Notes: generated by a model from the letters alone, not told the origin. A DNA stretch of 15,670 nt from a virus (IMGVR_UViG_3300029621_000179); one strand, 5' to 3'. Shown: positions 8,225 to 14,800, counted from the first letter of the stretch. Numbers and translations: made by a program.

Positions 8225-8497
8225 TTATTTTCCAGTCCTTTCCACAAACCATCGGCCTAACCGACCGTTGAAGCGTGGATCAAGGCGCTCAAAGAACAGG
8301 TGCTTTTCCTGCCCCTGGATGAGCACGGTAAAACAGTCACCAGAGTAACCGTTATCAGCGGTTCCTGCAGGGCGGAAGTCACGCACTGTTTCGATTGGGA
8401 AGGTACGTCCATCCGACCATGTGATTGATGTCGGCTGCATGAAACCGGTTGGGTCGAATGTGGAATCGACTTTTACATAGATCTTTTCTTTATTCAT
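8225..8497 (-). CDS. Beta-rich hypothetical protein (90 aa) in mutagenesis operon
   Basis: ATG 8497 after GAGGTGA just downstream of the repressor stop; PTSITWSDGRTFPIETV ... LFFE ... GRWFVE. Confidence 0.8.
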   Translation of the reverse strand: MNKEKIYVKVDSTFDPTGFMQPTSITWSDGRTFPIETVRDFRPAGTADNGYSGDCFTVLIQGQEKHLFFERLDPRFNGRLGRWFVERTGK

Positions 8498-8509
8498 GAT
8501 GATCACCTC

Positions 8510-9409
8510 TTACAGCAATCCATACTTCTTCTTGAACTCCCGGACTTCCTGGGCTTTTACTTCTTCAAGCAGACGGATGTCATCATCAGCAGGAAGCTCC
8601 AGCGGACTTACCTTCCCGAGAACTTTGCCGACAATGGTAACATGATCGTCTTCAGACTTCTCACCGTAGGGGAGTGCCTTATTTAAAGAGTAGAGTTTGT
8701 GGTTCAGCATCTGCTTGATGACGGCACCATCTGCAGTAGAGCAGATAACAATATCGCCATCTTCAACAGACTGAGTATACTTTACATATACCAGATCACC
8801 ATTATGATACTGTGGCTCCATACTTGCACCGGATACACGAATCAACGCATCAGCAGATTCGTTGTATCCGTTTTTCTTTATAAACATATACTCTGGTGGT
8901 GTGTCGATAAAAGCACAACCAGGACCAGCAGCGGCAGGAGTAGACTGCAACTCGGACAGAAAATAGTTCTCATCCAAGTATCTATCACGAGCATCTTGCT
9001 CTTCACCCATAACTGATTCAATCATCCGATCTACGATGCGCTGGCCGACGGGACTCAGTTTTCGGTACTGTCCGAACACGACTTTTTCGTGAGAAGTAAG
9101 CTGAGAACTGTTTGGTAGTCCGAATAGTTCATAAAGGGGGATGCCGAGCATACTGCAAAGAACCCGAATAGTTTCTACTTCCGGACGTGCACGATCATTT
9201 TCCCAGTTTGTAATGGTGTTACGTGATACACCCATGAGTTCTGCCAGCTCTGGCTGGCTCATTTCATTTTTATTTCTGTATTTACGGATAACGGCACCGA
9301 AAGCAAATTCGGCTTGTTCATTCTTTTCCGCCTGCGGAAGATAGACAACAGAGCTGGAAGCAGATGACCGTTTTACAGTTACTGAGGCTTTCTTTGATAG
9401 TTTAGCCAT
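8510..9409 (-). CDS. XRE-HTH / peptidase S24 self-cleaving repressor (CI/HdiR/LexA-like)
   Basis: HTH MSQPELAELMGVSRNTITNWEND; Ala-Gly site PAAAG; catalytic Ser in VSGASMEP and Lys in VIKQ; IVGKV; RBS AAGGAGG. Confidence 0.92.
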   Translation of the reverse strand: MAKLSKKASVTVKRSSASSSVVYLPQAEKNEQAEFAFGAVIRKYRNKNEMSQPELAELMGVSRNTITNWENDRARPEVETIRVLCSMLGIPLYELFGLPNSSQLTSHEKVVFGQYRKLSPVGQRIVDRMIESVMGEEQDARDRYLDENYFLSELQSTPAAAGPGCAFIDTPPEYMFIKKNGYNESADALIRVSGASMEPQYHNGDLVYVKYTQSVEDGDIVICSTADGAVIKQMLNHKLYSLNKALPYGEKSEDDHVTIVGKVLGKVSPLELPADDDIRLLEEVKAQEVREFKKKYGLL

Positions 9410-9459
9410 AGTGTTTCCTCCTTGGTCAGACTGTTCAGTGCTCAGTATCTGACAGCCTT

Positions 9460-9488
9460 ATTATAGCACAACATTATTGTGCGTTCAA
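9460..9488 (-). promoter_or_regulatory. sigmaA promoter of repressor-polymerase operon with palindromic operator in spacer
   Basis: Minus strand TTGAAC - GCACAATAATGTTGTGC (17 nt; GCACAA-N5-TTGTGC at 9466-9482) - TATAAT. Confidence 0.8.
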
Positions 9489-9532
9489 GAGAAACAAAAT
9501 GGAAAACAGATAAAAGATATTGTGCTTTACTA

Positions 9533-9561
9533 TTGAAATTGGTATCCATGCTGTGTATAAT
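9533..9561 (+). promoter_or_regulatory. sigmaA promoter of ImmA/IrrE-like gene
   Basis: TTGAAA (9533-9538) - 17 nt - TATAAT (9556-9561). Confidence 0.8.
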
Positions 9562-9568
9562 TGAGACA

Positions 9569-9580
9569 AAACGAATGTTC
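9569..9580. promoter_or_regulatory. Putative LexA (SOS/Cheo) box
   Basis: AAAC-GAAT-GTTC, one mismatch from the Bacillota GAAC-N4-GTTC consensus, at the predicted transcription start. Confidence 0.55.
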
Positions 9581-9586
9581 TGAGGG

Positions 9587-11572
9587 GTGATAGGATTGCA
9601 CTATGAGATATTGGATACCGATGTAGGGCAGGGGGCCGGAGCAGTTGCAGTACCCGTAACGTACGGAAAAACGGTAGAGCGGACAGATATTTGCCAGCCA
9701 TATTCTGTGGCAGAGGTACTGCAGAATGTTTTTCATGCGGATTTTCAGACGGTTTTAGAAAATTACGTGAGGACGGAGACAGAGCAGATTCAAGAAGCAG
9801 GAGTGTTGCCGGGTGCTGAGGGAATGAAGGTTCGGCTGTGGTCGTACTTAAAAACACTGTCAAAGCTACAGCAGCCAACAGACAGGACTGTGGTCGATGT
9901 GATATTGCAGAGTAGGTTAGAAGGACAGTATCAGGATGGCGAAACAAGATATGAGAGTGCAGATTTTCGGCTGAGATATATTTTCGATTTGCGAGTGTGC
10001 CACCAATGCTGCATTGGTCCGCTCGTCTGGGTATATAAAGATTGGGAAGATGACCCGGCACTATCAGGATTTGCATTTGATACTAATGACTATCTGCTAC
10101 CGATTCTATATAACAGCGACTACGAGACGGTTGCCCATGCGATTCTGGATGATTTTTTCCCAGAGGCGAAGAGGGAGATCGGTGGGGATGCATCAGTAGT
10201 GAGCAGTGAGGAACTGGCAAGGCGGATGGGACTTCGGGTTTTGGATGTTCGCTTTGCAGACAAGACGGTGATGGGACAGCTTTACTACAACTACGGCGAA
10301 GCGCATCTGCTTGATGACAGTGGAAAAACTTATGCCCAGATAATCCGACCCGGAACGATTCTGGTCAATCAAGATAACTGCACAACTGCCGCAACACGAA
10401 ATAGTACGATTGCACATGAATGCTGCCATATGTATTTGGACAGATGGTTCTTCCTGCTCCAGATGATGACAGGGAGAAAGTACACACCATATTCCAGTCG
10501 GCGCAGGGAGAACAGGCGATACCATCACAAGAATGATGCGCTCGATTGGATGGAGCTGCAGTGTGAAAAGCTTCCAGCGTATCTACTGCTTGAGCGAAAT
10601 GATGTGATCGATTATGTCGAGGCCAGATTGAAGCAGTGCAATTGGAAAAAGACACCAGAGAATATTCGAGCCATTGTAGATGGGCTTGCAGAACGGTATG
10701 AAGTATCATATCAAATGGCAAAATACCGTATGATCGAGCTTGGATATTGCGAAGCCGGCGGTATCCGTAACTATGTGAATGATATGGTGATTCCAGATCA
10801 CGGATGCACATGGCTGTGGCCGGCCAATATGACCTTTACGATTTCCGCAAAGGATGCAGCACTGCTGGCTGCTTCGGATAGCGAGTTCGAGCGAGTGATA
10901 TGCAGTGGGAGATACCGGTACGTTGAGGGGCACTTCTGCTTAAATACAGATAAGTACATTCTACGGGATTACTATGGAAAACCACATCTTACCGTTTATA
11001 CCCGGTGCCACATGGAAGAGTGCTGTCTTGGATTTACGGTCGGAGGAAGATATCGACGGACTGAATATGCTGTCAGCAAGGTGGCGCGAAACAAGACAGA
11101 GCCTGTTACGGATAAATACCGTGCGGCTTATAGGTTGGTGGCAGAGCCAGGAAGCTCAGAGTATGAGAAAGAAAACCAGGCGATGGTAGATGATGGGCTG
11201 TTGTGGCTGGAATTCTACAAAAACATTCCGGATGATTTTGCAGAGATGATAAAAGCAATTATGAAACGCAAAGGGATTACACAGGAAAATCTGTCCTTTG
11301 AATTGGGCGTAGACAGGAAGGCTCTCTTAAATTATCTGAATCAGGATCGCCCATCGGTTGCCCATGTGGTTGGAATCTGTGTGGCCTTGAAAGTGCCGTA
11401 TTTCATCTCGATGGAGATTCTGGGGGCGGCCGGCATAAAACTGCGTTCGACAGAGCAGGATTTTCTGTATCGCCAATTTCTGCTGAACGCTGAGAATTTG
11501 ACTGTGAGCAGATGCGAAGATATTTTGAAACAACATAATGAAAAACCGCTGTTCCGAGGAGAGCAGCGGTAA
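9587..11572 (+). CDS. ImmA/IrrE-family (M78) zinc metallopeptidase with C-terminal XRE HTH; true start possibly TTG 9596
   Basis: RNSTIAHECCH (HExxH), downstream WMELQCEKLPAYLLL, LAERYEVSYQMAKYRM; C-terminal GITQENLSFELGVDRKALLNYLN HTH; GAGGGGTGA fits as RBS for in-frame TTG 9596. Confidence 0.85.
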   Translation: MIGLHYEILDTDVGQGAGAVAVPVTYGKTVERTDICQPYSVAEVLQNVFHADFQTVLENYVRTETEQIQEAGVLPGAEGMKVRLWSYLKTLSKLQQPTDRTVVDVILQSRLEGQYQDGETRYESADFRLRYIFDLRVCHQCCIGPLVWVYKDWEDDPALSGFAFDTNDYLLPILYNSDYETVAHAILDDFFPEAKREIGGDASVVSSEELARRMGLRVLDVRFADKTVMGQLYYNYGEAHLLDDSGKTYAQIIRPGTILVNQDNCTTAATRNSTIAHECCHMYLDRWFFLLQMMTGRKYTPYSSRRRENRRYHHKNDALDWMELQCEKLPAYLLLERNDVIDYVEARLKQCNWKKTPENIRAIVDGLAERYEVSYQMAKYRMIELGYCEAGGIRNYVNDMVIPDHGCTWLWPANMTFTISAKDAALLAASDSEFERVICSGRYRYVEGHFCLNTDKYILRDYYGKPHLTVYTRCHMEECCLGFTVGGRYRRTEYAVSKVARNKTEPVTDKYRAAYRLVAEPGSSEYEKENQAMVDDGLLWLEFYKNIPDDFAEMIKAIMKRKGITQENLSFELGVDRKALLNYLNQDRPSVAHVVGICVALKVPYFISMEILGAAGIKLRSTEQDFLYRQFLLNAENLTVSRCEDILKQHNEKPLFRGEQR

Positions 11573-11575
11573 GGG

Positions 11576-11611
11576 AGACCGAGGTACCGTGAAAAGTATC
11601 TCGGTCTTTTT
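11576..11611 (+). terminator. Intrinsic terminator after peptidase gene
   Basis: AGACCGAGGTAC / GTATCTCGGTCT 12-bp stem (one G-U), 8-nt loop, T run. Confidence 0.85.
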
Positions 11612-11617
11612 GTAGCA

Positions 11618-11700
11618 ATTGCGAATGATAGAAAATGAATTGCGAGAACTTGCAATTTCAGACTTGACAACGAAATTGCAAGATGATAGAATGAGATTGC
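11618..11700 (+). promoter_or_regulatory. Near-consensus sigmaA promoter within ATTGC operator repeats
   Basis: TTGACA (11664-11669) - 17 nt - TAGAAT (11687-11692) with TGn extension; 11-bp inverted repeat CTTGCAATTTC/GAAATTGCAAG flanks the -35. Confidence 0.8.
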
Positions 11701-11726
11701 ATAAAGATGAAATGGAGGCCAGACAA

Positions 11727-12635
11727 ATGGAAGAAGGATTCGTTTATAAGAGGAAACCGCTTGACCCCAATCAGGAATTCGTGGTGGTCCGAGTTCCTGA
11801 TAAGCTGGCTCTTGGTCAGCTTATAACAGAGATTAGGGGCGAAAGGACGATGGCTCAACTTGCAGAACAGTGCAACGTGAGTCCGTCGACTCTGTCACGA
11901 GCAGTCAATGGCAAAATGACAAAGCCGCTTTCCCAGGAATTGATAAAAGCTCTAGCTGCCAAATCAGATGATCCGTTTATGCTGGAACGATTGGTAAGGG
12001 CCAATGGCATGGCAGATGCTAAGACATGCGAAGAGCGGAAACAGATGGCACATGATAATCTGAGTCTGCGAGAAGAAAGGCTGAACACAGAGCGGAAAGT
12101 CAAAAATATCATCTCGACAGAACTTCTGAGAAGGGGTAAAAAAATCCAGTATATGGAGCGCCTTGAAATAAATGGCGAACGAAGATCACAATACGGTTTG
12201 AGATGGTTGAGCAGTTTTGCTTTAGTCATTGAAGACCCAAAACCATATATTTGGAACTTTGCGATAATTCCGTACACGATGGAAGAGCAGAATGGGCATA
12301 GACCGCCATTACCTTTTTATAATGCGAGGATAATGGAGAACCTTTCTGGACTTTTTCTGACAGATGCATGGGAGGCGGATTTATTTGCAACTGTAAAAAA
12401 CAGTATTGTTTTTATAGATCCAGTACTGTTTACGATGAACGAAGATCGGTTTATCGGTCCGGAAATGAATAATGAGTTTTCGTTGCTTCTTCTTGATGCT
12501 GACACTGAAATTGTCAGATGCGAAACTTATTTTGTGCAAAAGGGAAATCCAGAGCATAAATCCATATTTGCGGAACCGGTGACAGATCAGAGTGAAGAAG
12601 ATGATCCATGGGGAAGACCATTCGATACCATTTAA
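11727..12635 (+). CDS. XRE-HTH regulator with large unknown C-terminal domain (302 aa)
   Basis: ATG 11727 after GGAGG; HTH RTMAQLAEQCNVSPSTLSRAVNG. Confidence 0.8.
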   Translation: MEEGFVYKRKPLDPNQEFVVVRVPDKLALGQLITEIRGERTMAQLAEQCNVSPSTLSRAVNGKMTKPLSQELIKALAAKSDDPFMLERLVRANGMADAKTCEERKQMAHDNLSLREERLNTERKVKNIISTELLRRGKKIQYMERLEINGERRSQYGLRWLSSFALVIEDPKPYIWNFAIIPYTMEEQNGHRPPLPFYNARIMENLSGLFLTDAWEADLFATVKNSIVFIDPVLFTMNEDRFIGPEMNNEFSLLLLDADTEIVRCETYFVQKGNPEHKSIFAEPVTDQSEEDDPWGRPFDTI

Positions 12636-12657
12636 TTTATCAGGAGGGGATTAATAA

Positions 12658-12855
12658 GTGACTAATAATGAGGTAGCATTGCGAACCCGTCGTAAAAAGG
12701 CGAGATATGGAACCAAAGTTGAGATTGCAGGGCAACCGCTGATGGTTGTAAAGTCTGGAAAAAAAGAGGATTTTATAACAGCGGAGGAGATAGTCGAGGA
12801 TCTTTATGGCAAGCCCGTAGATCATATTGTATTCAAAGAAGTAGTGAGCTTCTAA
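12658..12855 (+). CDS. Small hypothetical protein (65 aa)
   Basis: Strong RBS AGGAGGGG then GTG; basic N-terminus RTRRKKAR; co-oriented 22 nt after the HTH gene. Confidence 0.65.
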   Translation: MTNNEVALRTRRKKARYGTKVEIAGQPLMVVKSGKKEDFITAEEIVEDLYGKPVDHIVFKEVVSF

Positions 12856-12947
12856 AAATGTGAAACTAGGCGGTCACCCCTCCAGGAAGTAGACCGTCAG
12901 TTACAGAGTGAAGAATGAAATAACTGCTATAGAGCGCTGCCATTATG

Positions 12948-13033
12948 AGCACAGCCGAAGCAGAACAAAATGCAAACAGTAATTCCTATAGGGAAGAACA
13001 GTGCATGGAGTTTTGTCTCAGCTGTGCTTTTTT
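12948..13033 (+). terminator. Long rod-like hairpin with U tract
   Basis: AGCACAGC/GCTGTGCT closing stem, inner GCAGAAC/GTTTTGT, TGCA/TGCA, TTCC/GGAA, then T run. Confidence 0.6.
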
Positions 13034-13284
13034 ATTTTTATAAAATTTTTCCTTTTTATGTGACAGCAGCAGTCACACAATAAACAGTCATTTTTTTTAT
13101 GGCTAAAGGGGAGAAAACAGCGAAACCAGAAGGATATTACATATTTAGAGAGCTTACTCGGTGAGCGATTCTGGGACTGCTAGTGTCCTCGAATAAGAGT
13201 GGGCAATCTGATATCCTGAGTTCATCAAAACGCAGGTCATGAAACTACCTGAAAAATCAGTCGGGTTGGAAAGGAGGTGTAAGC

Positions 13285-13626
13285 GTGGTTGATATTCATA
13301 GCGAGGAGTACATCCTGGGTCAAAATATAAGAAAGTACAGACTGGAAAAAGGCTGGTCACAGAAGCAGCTGAGTGATGCCGTCGATATCGACCGCGCTGA
13401 CATTTCCAAGTATGAGAATGGTACAAAAGGTGAAATGGGGTTCAAAACCCTAAAGAAGTTTGCATCCGCTCTGGATGTCAGCACAGATGACCTTCTGACG
13501 GAGAAAGAAAAAACAGTAGAGATCTCCGAAGAAATCGGAGTAGAATTTGCTAAATTGACGAAGGATGGGCAGATTACTATCCGAAACATGATGAAATTCC
13601 TTCAGTCGCAGCAGATGGCAGGATAA
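13285..13626 (+). CDS. XRE-family (ImmR-like) HTH transcriptional regulator
   Basis: LGQNIRKYRLEKGWSQKQLSDAVDIDRADISKYENG...FASALDVSTDDLL; RBS AAGGAGGT, GTG start. Confidence 0.92.
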   Translation: MVDIHSEEYILGQNIRKYRLEKGWSQKQLSDAVDIDRADISKYENGTKGEMGFKTLKKFASALDVSTDDLLTEKEKTVEISEEIGVEFAKLTKDGQITIRNMMKFLQSQQMAG

Positions 13627-13661
13627 CCGCATGGTCGAATGAGACTGTGCGGTATTTTTTT
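13626..13661 (+). terminator. Intrinsic terminator after XRE gene
   Basis: ACCGCATGGTC / GACTGTGCGGT stem (two G-U), then A and T7. Confidence 0.8.
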
Positions 13662-13686
13662 GCTTTTCTGCAAGAAGCAGATGAAA

Positions 13687-13755
13687 ATGTGGCAAATTCG
13701 CCACATCAAGTGTGGTGGTCTCGCCATCTGCAAGCGCCTTTCAAACTGGTAGACT
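13687..13755 (+). promoter_or_regulatory. Tandem operator palindromes and extended -10 promoter upstream of sigma-like gene
   Basis: ATGTGGC-N6-GCCACAT (13687-13706), degenerate copy TGTGGT-N6-GCCATC (13711-13728), TGG-TAGACT (13747-13755); poor -35. Confidence 0.5.
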
Positions 13756-13835
13756 ATAAACAGTTCAAGGGACAAGCCCACAGAACCACAGAGTATGAAT
13801 CTGTCGGCACTCTCTCGGACAAATAAAAATATCGT

Positions 13836-13957
13836 AAGCCCGATTCTAGAGCAGGCGAAGGATACCATAGCAGAACCTCACAGTACAGCGATTTATTTGC
13901 TGGTGCTGGAGGTATGCGAATGGGATCACTCTACCTATCTCTGGAATCGGGCTTTTT
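13836..13957 (+). terminator. About 120-nt rod-like leader hairpin with U tract (attenuator candidate)
   Basis: AAGCCCGATTCTAGAG / CTCTGGAATCGGGCTT 16-bp closing stem plus nested inner helices, then T run. Confidence 0.7.
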
Positions 13958-14050
13958 GTGTTTCACAGCCTTGCCAGACGGTTTTGTGCCTCATCTGCGT
14001 CCTGCTTCGGTATCTTTCCCTCCCAGAAGTCCGGGGGAAAGGACAGAAAA

Positions 14051-14800
14051 ATGATGAACATGATGACTGGAGCAGTAGCAATCAATGGTGGCGTAGGCGT
14101 GATGGAGGTTCGCCAGTCGATAGCAAAGAACGTGGCTCAGGCGGCAGAACAGATGGCAGCGGATCTTGCAGTGAATGCACATATCACTCTGCGTGAGCTG
14201 AAGACAAAGATCGATACCGTGGTGGAAAAGAAGCTCCCGACCTTTAAGACCCTTATGGAAAAGGAGCCGGTAGCAGTGGCGCAGACAATGGTAAATGGAG
14301 CAAAGCTGACTGCTTATGAGAATGGCTATGCGGTGTATGAGGTGGATGGCTCACATACGGTCATGGCGGTGGATCGCTGCAACGATTACCGTTATGACTT
14401 TACGGATGGAACCTACGAGGTGATCCCGGCTGAAACATTCGAGGATGTTGAATGGAGTGTCCGTCTGTTGATGGAAGGTGAGCGTCGGATGGAGCATAAC
14501 CTGAATAAGCGTGTGGCAGATTCAGAAAATGTTTCCCTGGAATGTGACGGCTCTGACTGGTCTGCAGCCGTTATGGTGGATTTTCTGGATGAAGACAATG
14601 CCGAGATGCTGGCTGACAGGGAGCTTCGCCGTTTGTACGCGGCTATGAGCAAGCTCACTGAGCGTCAGACCGAGGTGATCCAGCTTTACTTCTATAAAGG
14701 CATGACGCTGCAGGAGATTGCAGAAGAGCTGGGGATAACAAAACCGGCTGTCCATTATGCGATGAAGGGTGCTCTCAAAAAAATGAGAAAAAGTTTTTGA
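14051..14800 (+). CDS. Sigma70 region-4 domain protein (mobile-element sigma-like regulator), 249 aa
   Basis: C-terminal LYAAMSKLTERQTEVIQLYFYKGMTLQEIAEELGITKPAV; ATG 14051 after GGGGAAAGGA; no recognisable region 2. Confidence 0.85.
   Translation: MMNMMTGAVAINGGVGVMEVRQSIAKNVAQAAEQMAADLAVNAHITLRELKTKIDTVVEKKLPTFKTLMEKEPVAVAQTMVNGAKLTAYENGYAVYEVDGSHTVMAVDRCNDYRYDFTDGTYEVIPAETFEDVEWSVRLLMEGERRMEHNLNKRVADSENVSLECDGSDWSAAVMVDFLDEDNAEMLADRELRRLYAAMSKLTERQTEVIQLYFYKGMTLQEIAEELGITKPAVHYAMKGALKKMRKSF

Noticed and set aside
8510..9409. Host lexA
   Set aside because: The DNA-binding domain is XRE/CI-type with a long linker rather than the LexA winged helix, and its promoter lacks a GAAC-N4-GTTC box.
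11612..11701. CRISPR mini-array or replication iterons
   Set aside because: Only two imperfect copies, no spacer pattern, no cas or rep gene; they coincide with a promoter.
11619..11726. N-terminal 36 aa of the ORF-track protein
   Set aside because: Overlaps promoter and operator repeats and lacks an RBS; ATG 11727 has GGAGG.
12856..13284. Known riboswitch (T-box, SAM-I, c-di-GMP) or tRNA
   Set aside because: No T-box GGTGGNACCGCG, no SAM-I core, no cloverleaf/TpsiC arm recognisable by eye.
13795..14196. 133-aa ORF or leader peptide across the long hairpin, and the 13958 start for the sigma-like gene
   Set aside because: No convincing RBS and no protein-like motif; overlaps the real CDS. 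A leader-peptide role cannot be wholly excluded without ribosome profiling.
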